A stretch of DNA of 63,924 nucleotides from Octopus sinensis. Its lineage: Eukaryota. The notes beneath the pieces are model-generated. The model was given only the letters and a program-made list of their open reading frames with translations, ran no database searches and had not been told where the DNA came from. The stretch lies in contig NC_043008.1 in assembly GCF_006345805.1 (NCBI RefSeq), forward strand, positions 79,236,001 to 79,299,924, read 5' to 3'. Position 1 is the stretch's first letter; each line of letters starts with the position of its first letter. Below, in pieces: positions 1 through 14,323 of this stretch. Position numbers and translations under genes: made by a program.

Positions 1-1510
1 ATGCCCCATTCATAAAGGAGGTAGCAGAGCGGAAGCCAAGAACTATAGACCTATCTCTCTGACCTCACACATCAGCAAGGTCATGGAACGAATAGTCAGA
101 AGGAAGCTGATCACCTTCCTTGAAGAGAATGACTTGCTGCCCGACACCCAACATGGTTTCCGACCAGGGAGAAGCTGTTTAACTCAGCTCCTACAACACT
201 ATGACTGGGTGCTGAAACGGCTGCTCAACCACTCAAATGTGGAAATGATATATCTCGACTTTGCAAAGGCCTTTGATAAAGTCGATCATGGAATGATATG
301 TCACAAACTGCGTGATCTCAACAATAGTTGGAAAACTGGGAGAATGGCTTCATGACTTTCTGAAGGATAGAAGTCAGGTGGTAGTAGCCAATGGGGCCAC
401 CTCCATTAACACACAAATAGTGAGCGGTGTTCCGCAGGGCACTGTTCTGGGACCACTACTGTTCATAATGGCCCTCTCAGACATGCCCTCAGCCACGCAG
501 AGAGCCACGATCACAAGTTATGCAGATGATACAAAAGTTTCACAGGCAATACAGAACCCTGAGGACACTAAACACCTGCAATGTGAGCTGGACGAAATAT
601 ACAAGTGGGCTGAAAAGAATAGCATGCAGTTCAATGCTGGAAAGTTTCAAGCTTTATACTATCAGCATGCAAAACTGAATGCAATACCCAATGAATACAC
701 TGGACCCGGAGGGATTGCAATCCCAGAGGCACAATCAGTGCGTGACCTGGGTATTCACATGAGTGATGACGCGACCTTTCATGTACATGTTGCTAAACTG
801 ACAATGAAATGTAGACGGCTGGCTGGATGGATTCTTAGAACCTTTAGAACAAGAGAACAAGAAACCATGATGGTCCTCTGGAAGACACTTGTCCTAAGCC
901 ACTTTGACTATGCTCTCAGCTATGGTCACCATCCAGTGTCAAGTTGATCACAGAACTTGAGGCGATCCAACGAAGCTACACAAAGAAGATAGCCTCTATG
1001 CAGAATGTAAGCTACTGGGAAGACTCAAGAGATTAAAATTATATTCCCTGGAGCGTAGGCGGGAAAGATATGCCATAATATACATCTGGAAGATCCTGGA
1101 GGGAAGTGTCCTGAACTTTGGCATCGAGAGTTACGCAAATGCCAGAACTGGGCGCCACTGTGTGGTACCTAGGACTCCAAACCTGCCATCAAGATGTAGG
1201 ACAAGATTCTGTGATAGCCTGGGCTTCCGAGGCCCACAGCTCTTCAATATCCTCCCGAAACCTGAGAGACCTGCATGGGGTGGATACAGATGTCTTTAAA
1301 ATGAAGCTGGATCTCTTCCTGTCAGGTGTCCCAGATGAACCAACTTCACGGCAGGAGGGGCAGATGAGGGCAGCTGCATCGAACTCTCTCATGCACCAAT
1401 AGCAGTTGCTAGAAAGCCTCCATGAAGTGAAACCATGTAGCAACACCAAATGGCGGTGCCCCAGCATGGCCACAGGCTCATAAGCTGAAACTAGAATCAA
1501 TCAATCAATC
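1..1510 (+). mobile_element. CR1/L2-group non-LTR retrotransposon, RT and 3' end (starts before window; frameshifted)
   Basis: RT motifs QHGFRPGRSC, YLDFAKAFDKVDH, GVPQGTVLGPLLF, YADD and C-terminal LERRRERY...PDEPT, split across frames. Ends GGCGGTGCCCCAGCATGGCC...CTGAAACTAGA + (ATCA)n tail. Confidence 0.9.
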
Positions 1511-1511
1511 A

Positions 1512-1514
<3 letters not shown>

Positions 1515-1606
<92 letters not shown>

Positions 1607-1725
1607 ATATGTATATGTATATATATAAATATATGTATATGTATATGTATATATATATATATATGTATATGTATATGTATATATATATATATGTATATGT
1701 ATATGTATATATATATATGTATATG
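1515..1725. repeat. (TA)n/(TATG)n microsatellite
   Basis: Direct low-complexity sequence. Confidence 0.97.
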
Positions 1726-1792
1726 TTGATTCGTTAGCCACTGCACGCATTTTTTTTCTCTCCTCTTCTTTGTGTTTTTCTCTCTCTGTGTA

Positions 1793-1830
1793 TCTTTCTG
1801 TTGAAGAGTGTAGGCTCGAAACGTTAAAGA
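1793..1830 (+). ncRNA. Minimal type-I hammerhead-like motif (variant core) in a ~200-bp repeat (1725-1930)
   Basis: TCTTT-CTGTTGA-A-GAG-tgtagg-CTC-GAAAC-GTT-AAAGA. Stem I TCTTT/AAAGA, stem II GAG/CTC. Core A6 is T and there is no helix III loop. Confidence 0.5.
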
Positions 1831-2037
1831 CTTGTTTTATTTATATTTCCTGAGCGCCATACTAATACAATTGTTCGTTTGTTTTCCACCTGCCTTCGTC
1901 TTTTGTTTATTTTCATAAAGCTTCCCGTTATATATGTATATATGTATATATATGTATATGTATATATATATGTATATATGTATATATATGTATATGTATA
2001 TATATATGTATATATATATATGTATATATATATATAT

Positions 2038-2215
2038 CGTCATCATCATCATCATCATTTAACGTCCGCTTTCCATGCTAGCATGGGTTGGACGGTTCAA
2101 CTGGGGTCTGGGGAGCCCGAAAGCTGCACCAGTCCATTCAGATCTGGCAGTGTTTCTACAGCTGGATGCCCTTCCTAACGCCAACCACTCCGAGAGTGTA
2201 GTGGGTGATTTTATG
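2038..2215 (-). mobile_element. RTE-associated SINE-like repeat with (ATG)n tail
   Basis: (CAT)n followed by TTTAACGTCCGCTTTCCATGCTAGCATGGG...GGATGCCCTTCCTAACGCCAACC. Same family at 23480, 28430, 56860 and 58440. Confidence 0.75.
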
Positions 2216-5200
2216 TGCCACCGACACAGGTGCCAGACGAGGCTGGCAAACGGCCACGCTCGGATGGTGTTTTTTATGTGCCACCGACACAGGTGCCAGA
2301 CGAGGCTGGCAGATGGCCACGCTCAGATGGTGTTTTTATGTGCCACCGACACAGGTGCCAGATGAGGCTGGCAAACGGCCACGATCGGATGGTGTTTGTT
2401 ACGTGCCCGCGGTACTGGCTACAGCCACGTTCGGATGGTTTTCTTGTGTGCCACGTGCCACCGGCACTGGTACCACGCAGATACAAATTCCATTGATGTT
2501 CATCTATTTTGATTTGTTTTGATTTGATTTGATTTTCACTTGCCTCAACAGGTCTTCACAAGTGTCACAAGAAGGAAGGTATGCACAGGTGGACTGACTA
2601 CGTCCCAGGTAGGGGCCACAGGTTATGGCCTGACTAGTCTTGCCGGGTCTTCGGATGGTGTTTTTATGTGCCACCAACACAGGTGCCAGATGAGGCTGGC
2701 AAACGGCCACGCTCGGATAGTGTTTTTTATGTGCCACCGACACAGGTGCCAGACGAGGCTGGCAGACGGCCACGCTCGGATGGTGTTTTTATGTGCCACC
2801 GACACAGGTGCCAGATGAGGCTGGCAAACGGCCACGATCGGATGGTGTTTGTTACCTGCCCGCGGTACTGGCTACAGCCACGTTCGGATGGTTTTCTTGT
2901 GTGCCACGTGCCACCGGCACTGGTACCACGCAGATACAAATTCCATTGATGTTCATCTATTTTGATTTGTTTTGATTTGATTTGATTTTCACTTGCCTCA
3001 ACAGGTCTTCACAAGTGTCACAAGAAGGAAGGTATGCACAGGTGGACTGACTACGTCCCAGGTAGGGGCCACAGGTTATGGCCTGACTAGTCTTGCCGGG
3101 TCTTCGGATGGTGTTTTTATGTGCCACCAACACAGGTGCCAGATGAGGCTGGCGAACGGCCACGATCGGATGGTGTTTGTTTCGTGCCCACAGCACGGAG
3201 GCCAGTCGGTGCGGTACTGGCTACGGCCACGTTCGAATGTTTTTCTTGTGTGCCACCGGCACTGGTACCACAAGATACAATTCCATTAATGTTCATCTAT
3301 TTTGATTTGTTTTGATTTGATTTTGATTTTGATTTGTATTGATTTCATTTTGATTTTCACTTGCCTCAACAGCCTTCACAAGTATCACAAGGAGGAAGGT
3401 ATGCACAGGTGACTGACTACGTCCCAGTTAGGGGCCATGGGATATGGCCTGACTAGTCTTGCCGGGTCTTCGGATGGTGTTTTTATGTGCCACCGACACA
3501 GGTGCTAGATGAGGCTGGCGAACGGCCACGATCGGATGGTGTTTGTTATGTGCCCACAGCACGATGGCCAGTCGATGCGGTACTGACTACGGCCACGTTC
3601 GGATGGATTTCTTGTGTGCCACAGGCACTGGTACCACAAAGATACAAATTCCATTGATGTTCATCTATTTTGATTTGATTTGATTTTGATTTTCACTTGC
3701 CTCAACAGGTCTTCACATGTGTCACAAGAAGGAAGGTATGCACAGGTGGACTGACTAGTCTTGCCGGGTCTTCGGAAGGTGTTTTTATGTGCCACCGACA
3801 CAGGTGCCAGATGAGGTTGGCGAACGGCCATTATCGGATGGTGTTTGTTACGTGCCCACAGCACGGAGGCCGGTCGATGCGGAACTGGCTACGGCCACGT
3901 TCGGATGGTTCTCTTGTGTGCCACCGGCACTGGTACCACAAAGATACAGATTCCATTGATGTTCATCTATTTTGATTTGTTTTGATTTTGATTTTCACTT
4001 GCCTCAACAGGTCTTCACAAGTGTCACAAGGAGGAAGGTATGCACAGGTGGACTGACTACGTCCCAGGTAGGGGCCATGGGTTATGGCCTTACTAGTCTT
4101 GCCGGGTCTTCGGATGGTGTTTTTATGTGCCACCGACACAGGTGCTAGATGAGGCTGGCGAACGGCCACGATCGGATGGTGTTTGTCATGTGCCCACAGC
4201 ACGGAGGCCAGTCGATGTGGTACTGGCTACAGCCACTTTCGGATGGTTTTCTCTTGTGTGCCACCGGCACTGGTACCACAAAGATACAAATTCCATTGAT
4301 GTTCATCTATTTTGATTTGTTTTGATTTGATTTTGATTTTCACTTGCCTCAACAGGCCTTCACAAGTATCACAAGGAGGAAGGTATGCACAGGTGGACTG
4401 ACTACGTCCCAGGTAGGGGCCATGGGTTATGGCCTGATTAGTCTTGCCGTGTCTTCGGATGGTGTTTTTATGTGCCACCGACACAGGTGCTAGATGAGGC
4501 TGGCGAACGGCCACGATCGGATGGTGTTTGTTATGTGCCCACAGCACGATGGCCAGTGATGCGGTACTGACTACGGCCACGTTCGGATGGATTCTTGTGT
4601 GCCATCGGCACTGATACCACAAAGATACAAATTCCATTGATGTTCATCTATTTTGATTTGTTTTGATTTTCACTTGCCTCAACAGGTCTTCACAAGTGTC
4701 ACAAGAAGGAAGGTATGCACAGGTGGACTGACTACGTCCCAAGTAGGGGCCATGGGTTATGGCCTGACTAGTCTTGCCGGGTCTTCGGATGGTGTTTTTA
4801 TGTGCCACCGACACAGGTGCTAGATGAGGCTGCGCGAACGGCCACGATCGGATGGTGTTTGTCATGTGCCCACAGCACGGAGGCCAGTCGATGCGGTACT
4901 GGCTACGGCCACTTTCGGATGGTTTTCTCTTGTGTGCCACCGGCACTGGTACCACAAAGATACAAATTCCATTGATGTTCATCTATTTTGATTTGTTTTG
5001 ATTTGATTTTGATTTTCACTTGCCTCAACAGGCCTTCACAAGTATCACAAGGAGGAAGGTATGCACAGGTGGACTGACTACGTCCCAGGTAGGGGCCATG
5101 GGTTATGGCCTGACTAGTCTTGCCCGGTCTATTCGGATGGTTGTTTTATGTGCCACCGACACAGGTGCTAGATGAGGCTGGCGAACGGCCACGATCGGAT

Positions 5201-5465
5201 GGTGTTTGTTATGTGCCCACAGCACGATGGCCAGTGATGCGCGGTACTGACTACGGCCACGTTCGGATGGATTCTTGTGTGCCACGGCACTGGTACCACA
5301 AAGATACAAATTCCATTGATGTTCATCTATTTTGATTTGTTTGGATTTTCACTTGCCTCAACAGGTCTTCACAAGTGTCACAAGAAGGAAGGTATGTACA
5401 GGTGAACTGACTACGTCCAGGTAGGGGCCACGGGTTAGACCGACTGTCTTGCCGGGTCTCGGATG
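2215..5465 (-). repeat. Tandem macrosatellite (~300-450-bp units, about 9 copies) made of an RTE 3' UTR plus ~62-bp subrepeats
   Basis: Marker TTCCATT(G/A)ATGTTCATC recurs near 2489, 2941, 3281, 3650, 3951, 4291, 4637, 4968 and 5312. Each unit carries the reverse complement of GAAGACCCGGCAAGAC...AAATCAAATC, as at the RTE end near 27890-27940. Confidence 0.9.
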
Positions 5466-5469
5466 GTGT

Positions 5470-5473
5470 TTTA

Positions 5474-5515
<42 letters not shown>

Positions 5516-5628
5516 GTATATGTATATGTATATATATATGTATATATATGTATATGTATATGTATATGTATATATATATATGTATATATGTATATATATA
5601 TGCATATATATATATGTATATATATATG

Positions 5629-5659
<31 letters not shown>

Positions 5660-5818
5660 GTATAGATATGTATATATATATGTATATATATATGTATATA
5701 TTATGTATATATATATGTATATATATGTATATGTATATGTATATATATATGTATATGTAATATATGATATATATAGGTATATATATATGTATATATATAT
5801 ATGTATATATATAATATG

Positions 5819-5865
<47 letters not shown>

Positions 5866-5971
5866 GTATATATATATATGTATAATATATATGTATATAT
5901 ATATTATATATATATATATGTATATATATTATGGTATATATATATATATATGTTATATATATATGTATATG

Positions 5972-6058
<87 letters not shown>

Positions 6059-6160
6059 GATATATATATGTATATATTATATATGTATATATATATGTGT
6101 ATATATATATGTATATATATATATGTATATATATATGTATATATATGTACTATATATATG

Positions 6161-6197
<37 letters not shown>

Positions 6198-6565
6198 GTT
6201 ATATATATATATGTATATATATATATGTACATATATATATATAATGTATATATGTACATATATATATATATATGTATATATATTATATGTATATATGTAC
6301 ATATATATATAATATATATGTATATATATATGTTATATATATGCACATATGTATATATATATATGTATATATATGTACATATATATATGTATAATATATG
6401 TATATATATGTACATATATAATATATGTATATATATATAGTATATATATGTACATATATAATATATGTATATATATATATGTATAATATGTACATAATAT
6501 ATAATATAATATGTATATATATATATATGTTATTTATATTTGTATATATATAATATTACATATAG

Positions 6566-6636
<71 letters not shown>

Positions 6637-6787
6637 GATATATTATATATTGTATATGTATATATGTATATGTATATATATATATGTATATATATATATG
6701 TATATATATATATGTATATTATATATGTATATATATATGTGTATATATATATGTATATATATATATGTAATATATAGTATATATATG

Positions 6788-6851
<64 letters not shown>

Positions 6852-6897
6852 GTATATATATATATGTACATATATATATATATGTATATATATGTAC

Positions 6898-6929
<32 letters not shown>

Positions 6930-6943
6930 GTATATATATGTAC

Positions 6944-6975
<32 letters not shown>

Positions 6976-7140
6976 GTAATATATATGCACATATGTATAT
7001 ATATATATGTATATATATGTACATATATATATGTATATATATATGTATATATATGTACATATATATATATATGTATATATATATATGTATATATATGTAC
7101 ATATATATATATGTATATATATATATGTATATATATGTAC

Positions 7141-7178
<38 letters not shown>

Positions 7179-7341
7179 GTATATATATGTACATATACAT
7201 ATATATGTATATATATATGTATATATATGCACATATATATATATATGTATATATATGTACATATATATATAATGTATATATATATGTATATATATGTACA
7301 TATATATATATAATGTAATATATATTGTAATAGATATGTAC

Positions 7342-7373
<32 letters not shown>

Positions 7374-7425
7374 GTATATTATGTACATATATATAATTGT
7401 ATATATATGTACATATATATATATT
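5470..7425. repeat. Long (TA)n/(TATG)n microsatellite
   Basis: Direct low-complexity sequence. Confidence 0.97.
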
Positions 7426-7429
7426 TCCT

Positions 7430-10400
7430 TAAATCCTTAAATCCTTAAAAATGTTCTAGCCCGAAAGCCGCGGCCATGCTGGGGCACCACCGCTGAATGA
7501 GCTACACTAGTTTGTGAATCCACCTCTGATATGTGGCACTTGATCAACAAGGGAGTTCGATGCTGCTGCCCGCATCCATGTCTCCTGTCGTGAGGTAGGT
7601 TCATCTGGGACTCCCAACAAGAAGAGATCCAGTTTAGTTTTAAAGAAACCCACATCCACACCATGTAAGTCTCTCAGGCATTTAGGGAGGATGTTAAAGA
7701 GCTGTGGTCCTCTGAAACCCAAGCTGTTGCAGTATCTGGACCTGTATTTTGATGGTGATGTTGGAATCCTTGGCACCACGCAGCAGCGCCCCGTTCTGCG
7801 GTTGGAGTAACTTTGAATGCCAAAGTTTGGGACAAGACCCTCCAGGATTTTCCAGATGTATATCACTGCATATCTCTCCCGCCTCCGCTCCAGGGAGAAG
7901 AGGTTTAATACCTTCAGTCTTTCCCAGTAGCTGACATTTTGCATTGAGACGATTTTCTGTGTAGCTTCTCTGAGTTGCTTCGAGTTCTGCTGTTTGTTTA
8001 TATTGTGTGGTGACCAAAGTTGGGAGCAGTAGTCCAAGCGGCTGAGGACAAATGTTTTCCATTGGACCATCAGTGTCTCCTTCTCTCTTGTTCTGAAAGT
8101 TCGGAGAATCCATCCAGCTAGCCGTCTGCATTTTATCACCAGATTAGCAATATGCATTTGGAAAGATGCATCATTGCTCATGTCAATGCCCAGGTCACGC
8201 CTGATTTTGACTCAGGGATTGCAATTCTTCCTGGCCAGTGTATCCAGTCTTCACGTCATTTACCTTTGTGTGCCAGTAGCGCAGGGCCTGGAACTTACCT
8301 GCATTAAACTGCATGTTGTTGTCCTCAGCCCCCTGTATATTGTGTCCAGCTCATGTTGCAGATGCGCAATATTTTCAGGGTTTTGTATTGCGTGGGAGAC
8401 TTTTGTGTCATCTGCATAGCTAGCAAGGTGGTCATCGTAGCAACTGAAGGCATGTCTGAAAGGGCCACTATGAACATCAGTGGCCCCAAGCAGTGCCCTG
8501 TGGGACACCGCTTGTTATTTGCGTTCCCTGGAGGTGGCTCCATTGCTCACAACTGCCTGTTTTCTGTCTTATAGGAAGTTGTGCAGTCACTCTCCAAGTT
8601 TCCTGCCTATGCCGAGACCACGCAGTTTGTGACAGATCATACCATGGTCGACTTTATCAAAGGCTTTTGCAAAGTCAAGATATATTACATCCACATTTGA
8701 GCCATTTAGTAGCTGTTTCAACACCCAGTCATAGTGTTGCAGGAGCTGTTAGGCAGCCTCTACCTGGTCGAAATCCATGCTGGGTGTCAGACAGTAAGTC
8801 ATTTTCTTCAAGGAACATGATTAGTTTCTTACGGACTATTCGTTCCATGACTTTGCTGATGTGTGAGGTCAGAGAGATAGGCCTATAATTTTTAGCATCT
8901 GCTCTGCTACCTCCCTTATGGATAGGGCATATTACCCCTCTTTCAGTTTGACTGGGAGCTTACCACTTGCAAGAAAGCTCTGAAAAAGAAGCTGTAGCAG
9001 TTTTGCAAGGGCTCGTTTGCACGATTTGAGAAGGATCGCTGGGAATCCATCAGGTCCAGCAGCTGAGTTTGTGTCAATCTCATCAATGGCTAGTGTGATT
9101 CATCTTCTTCGATGTTGATGTACTCAATTTTTGTCTCTTTGGCCGCTGGTAAAGTGGCAAAGAATTCTTCTGGTTGTTTACTTGCCTGTGTCCTAGAGGT
9201 GTAGTGAACACACTTTGGAACTGTTCGTTCAGTATTTCACTTATCCTCGTGGGATTTCCTGTGAGAGAGCCATCTTTTTGGAAGAGAGGTCCTATTCTCT
9301 GGTGCACTGTGGCTGTCTCTTTGGCAAACTTAAAGAAAGCTTTTGGGTTTGATTTTATATTTTCTATTACCCAAGCTTCTTTATCTGCTCTCTCCTTTTC
9401 ATGGGACTGTTTTTGTTCTTGTGTGTGCTGGCCCTGCACATTGGGACATATTTGTCACATATAGCTTGTATTATGGACATGAAGTGTTTGTGTTTCATGT
9501 TTATGTCCGGTGTGGAGAGACATTCAGGCCAATCCTGTTTGAGGATCTCTTTCTCAATCGACTTCCAGTTGGCTTTATGAAAGTTTAAGTTGGAGAGATG
9601 GTAGGTGCTTCGTATAGGCTGTGTGTCTGCGGGGGCTTTTGTTCCATACATAGACAGCTCTATTATGTTGTGATCCGAGATCATTGTCGGCATCACATTA
9701 ACATTATGGATATATCCATATTGTTTGTGAAGCAGAGATCCAGTATATTATCTGCCCTTGTTGGTGCAGAACTATTTGCTCCATGAATGAGGTATTTGTG
9801 AGATGGAGCAGGGACTCCACCTGTGCCTGCTGTGGTGTGTCATCCCTGGGAGCATCTGCCCCCCAGGCCATTCCACATTGGGGAGGTTAAAGTCACCCAT
9901 GAAGAATACACTGTTGTGCTGTTCAAGGTTGGTGAGGACTTCCCCTATTTTTGTTAGGCATTCTTCAAACATGCCTGAGTGTTTTGGGGCGTCTGGTGTG
10001 ATAGTAGTGCATATGACGATATCAGTTGTCTTATGTGTACAATTTGAGTTTCACATACTGAGTTTGAATATGACAGCAGGACCTGGGGCATGAGGTCATC
10101 TCGGATGTACATTGCAACTCCACCATGGCTCCTCCCTTTTCTATCTGTGCGTATGACTGCATATTGCGGCATGTGTATTTCTGCATCACCTATATCGGGT
10201 TCAAGATGCGTTTCTGTGAGTGCCTTGCATATAGCTTGATTGCATGTCACAAGGTCTCTCAGGAATGAAATTTTCTTTTTACAGTTTCCGCGCAGCAGCC
10301 CTCCTACATTCAGTAGAAATATTTTTGTGGTGTGTGTGTTGGTGTTGGTGTCTGTGGTGGCCATCCTGCATCTGTTGGAGGTGGCCTTATGTGGTGGTAG

Positions 10401-10960
10401 TTCCAGCTTTGTGCTTGTAGCCAGGTCAGCTGCTGGACAATTTTTTGTGCCATGCACAAAAAAGACTGCTGTTCAGCTGCCGCCCTTCTCACATCTGGGT
10501 GAAGCTGGCCACCTGTTGGGTTTCCGCGCACCACATCTGCATACCGTCTTTCAGTAGTGGTCAGTGCGCTTTTTTCCCTTCTTTTAACTTTTTGTTTTTG
10601 TTTTTGTTCTCCCTGAGGGAGGGACCTCTGTCTTGCGTCCGTGCGGTTTTGGTAGGGCCTCCGATGTGCAAAGCGACAGTTTGCACCTTCAACGCCGTAC
10701 CAGCATTACCCCCTCAGGTAGAATTTGCAGGTGTTTCTTTCCCTGCCCTTACAGTTTTTGCTGGGGTCCCTCTGCTTTCTCTGGACAGGGCTTCCTTTAG
10801 CCTTGATTCTGTCACCCTTTACCTCCTGCTTCCCATCAATTCCAGGGTGCCTTTCCTTTCTTGCGGCCATCGCACCTCTTTGGTCTTCAGTTGTGGTGTT
10901 GGAAGCTGGACATGTGTCATCGTTTCCCTGTGTTCCATTTGGCTCTGGATGCTCTCACAT
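7430..10960 (-). mobile_element. CR1/L2-group LINE, near full-length ORF2 (APE endonuclease + RT), degraded
   Basis: EN motifs IFLLNVGGL, ALTETHL, GGVAMYIR, FMGDFNLP, SDHNIIEL. RT QHGFRPG, YADD. C-terminal LERRRERY/PDEPT. (AAGGATTT)n tail near 7425-7450. Many frameshifts. Confidence 0.9.
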
Positions 10961-10964
10961 GCAA

Positions 10965-12705
10965 ATCACAAACCCAGAAGTTTTCTTTGATGCCACAACA
11001 CTCCAAAACCAAACAACAACCATCGACCACATAGACATAACAGAGAGGGATGTAATATCTGCCATAGAAGAAATGAGAATAAACTCAGCTGCTGGACCAG
11101 ATGGATTCCCAGCAGTCCTCCTAAAAACATGCAGGCATGCCCTAGCGGGACTACTGAAGAAGCTCTTCAGTAGTTCCTTGGCTAACGGTAAACTGCCCAG
11201 GGCGCTAAAAGAAGGCACCATATGCCCTATCCACAAAGGAGGGAGTAGAGCAGAGGCCAAAAACTACAGGCCAGTCTCCCTGACGTCACACATAAGTAAG
11301 GTCATGGAACGAATCATCAGAAAAAAACTGATCACGTTCCTCGAAGAAACTAACCATCTCACTGACACACAGCATGGCTTTCGCCCAGGAAGAAGCTGCC
11401 TTACGCAGCTGTTACAACACTACGACTGGGTACTGAAACACACTGGATCGCTCACAGGTGGATGTGGTATATCTCGACTTTGCGAAGGCCTTTGACAAGT
11501 CGACCACGGAATGATATGTCCAAATTACTCAGACTCGGCATAACAGGAAAAGTAGGTGAGTGGATACATGACTTCCTGAAGGACAGAAGCCAGATGGTTG
11601 CAGCCAATGGAGCCCTCTCGGGAAAGACACCAATAGCAAGCGGGGTGCCACAGGGCACAGTCTTGGACCCTTGCTGTTTTTGGTGGCGCTCTCTGACATG
11701 CCCTTGGTAGCAAAAACAACATCCCTCACTAGCTATGCTAATGACACAAAGGTAGCACAGGCAATCAAAAACCCAGCTGATGCTGACCTTTTACAACAAG
11801 ATCTGGATGCCATATACAAATGGGCTGAAGACAACAACATGCAATTTAATGCTGGTAAATTTCAAGCCTTACAATATCAAGCTGTAAACACATATACATT
11901 ACAACACAACTATACTGGTCCAGGAGGGATCGAAATCCCAGTATCGAAATCAATACGGGACCTGAGGATAGACATGAGTGACGATGCATCTTTTTCTTCA
12001 CACATCGCGAAGGTGGCGACAATGTGCAGACGACTCACTGGCTGGATCCTGAGGACATTCGGACAAGAGACTGCGAGACCATGTTGACACTATGGAGGAC
12101 ATTTGTCCTAAGCCGCCTGGACTACTGCTCCCAACTGTGGTCACCGCATAGTGTCAACTAACCACAGAGCTTGAGACAATCCAAAGACATTTCACCAAGA
12201 GGATTTCCACCATGAAAGAAAAGAACTATTGGAGAGGCTTAGGGAACTCAATTTGTACTCCTTGGAACGAAGACGAGAGAGATATGCAGTGATATACATA
12301 TGGAAAATCCTGGAGGGACTAGCACCAAATTTTGGAATTGAGAGCTGTTCCAATCCCCGTACAGGATGTCACTGTGTGGTGCCAAGGTCCCGTCTTCCAC
12401 ATCCAGGGTAAGGAGCAGATACTGTAATAGCCTGGGGTTCAGGGCCCTCAGCTGTTTCAACAAACTGCCAAGAAAACTAAGAGATCTAATGATGCGGATG
12501 TGGACATTTTCAAAAAACATCTAGACAAGCTGCTTTCCGGGATCCCAGATGAACCCACTGCAAGTACGAAGGTAACCTAAGGGCAGCAGCTACAAACTCT
12601 CTCTTAGATCAGTGGCCAGCCACGGCAACTGGACTAGAGAGGGTAGCAACAAGGGCGGTGCCCCAGCATGGCCTCAGCCGGATGGCTGAAACAAGTAAAA
12701 GAGTA
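10965..12705 (+). mobile_element. CR1/L2-group LINE, 5'-truncated, second subfamily
   Basis: SAAGPDGFPA, NYRPVSLTS, QHGFRPGRSC, GVPQG, YANDT, LERRRERY. 3' end GGCGGTGCCCCAGCATGGCC...GAAACAAGTAAAAGAG. Confidence 0.9.
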
Positions 12706-12782
12706 TATATATATATATGTATATATATATTATATATATGTACATATATATATATGTATATATATATATGTATATATATATG

Positions 12783-12813
<31 letters not shown>

Positions 12814-13147
12814 TATATATGTATATATATATATATAGTATATATATATATGTATATATATATATATGTATATATAATATGTATGTATATATATATTGTA
12901 TGTGATATATATATATGTATATATATACATATGTATGTATATACATATGTATGTATATATACATATGTATGTATATACATATGTATGTATATATATACAT
13001 ATGTATGTATATACATATGTATGTATATACATATGTATGTATATATATACATATGTATGTATATACATATGTATGTATATATATACATATGTATGTATAT
13101 ACATATGTATGTATATATATATACATATGTATGTATATACATATGTA
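12706..13147. repeat. (TA)n/(TATG)n microsatellite
   Basis: Direct low-complexity sequence. Confidence 0.95.
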
Positions 13148-13547
13148 TTACTCTCTCTCTTTTACTCTTTTACTTGTTTCAGTCATTTGACTGCGGCCAT
13201 GCTGGAGCACCGCCTTTAGTCGAGCAAATCGTCCCCGGGACTTATTCTTTGTAAGCCCAGTACTTATTCTACCGGTCTCTTTTGCCGAACCGCTAAGTGA
13301 CGGAGATGCTAGGGGGACAAACACAGACACACAAACATATACACACACATACACATATATATATATAAACATATATACGACAGGCTTCTTTCAGTTTCCG
13401 TCTACCAAATCCCCTCACAAGGCTTTGTCGGCCCGGGGCTATGCTATAGCAGAAGACACTTGCCCAAGATGCCACGCAGTGGGACTGAACCCGGAACCGA
13501 TGTGGTTGGTTAGCAAGCTACTTACCACACAGCCACTCCTGCGCCTA
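13148..13547 (-). mobile_element. tRNA-derived SINE, full length
   Basis: Minus-strand head GGCGCAGGAG-TGGCTGTGTGG (A box)...GGTTCAGTCCC (B box), central GGGCAAGTGTCTT, internal TA/TG repeat, LINE-like tail GGCGGTGCTCCAGCATGGCCGCAG...GAAACAAGTAAAAGAG. Confidence 0.88.
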
Positions 13548-13655
13548 TATGTATATACATATGTATATAATACATGTATATACATATGTTATATATACAT
13601 ATGTATATATACATATGATATATATACATGTATATACATATGTATATATACATAG

Positions 13656-13702
<47 letters not shown>

Positions 13703-13832
13703 GTATATACATATGTATATATGTATATACATATGTATATATGTATATACATATGTATATATACACATATGTATATATATACATATGCATATATATATAT
13801 GTATATATATATATATGTATATATATATATAG

Positions 13833-13865
<33 letters not shown>

Positions 13866-13948
13866 GTATATTCTATTATATATATATATGTATATATATG
13901 TATGTATATATATATATGTATATATATGTATGTATATATATATATATG

Positions 13949-13979
<31 letters not shown>

Positions 13980-13996
13980 GTATATATATATGTATG

Positions 13997-14058
<62 letters not shown>

Positions 14059-14067
14059 TATATGTAC

Positions 14068-14098
<31 letters not shown>

Positions 14099-14276
14099 AT
14101 ATATATATGTACATATATATATATGTATATATATGTATATATGTATATATAATATATCTGTATATATATATATGTATATTATATATTGTATATATATATG
14201 TATATATATATTGTATATATATATATTATATCTATATATATAGGTACATATATATATATGTATATATATATATATC

Positions 14277-14323
<47 letters not shown>

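Noticed and set aside
2200-2900. 62-bp repeats resembling a CRISPR array (also 27960-28440 and 58640-58900)
   Set aside because: Eukaryotic context, no unique spacers, no cas genes. They are SINE subrepeats.
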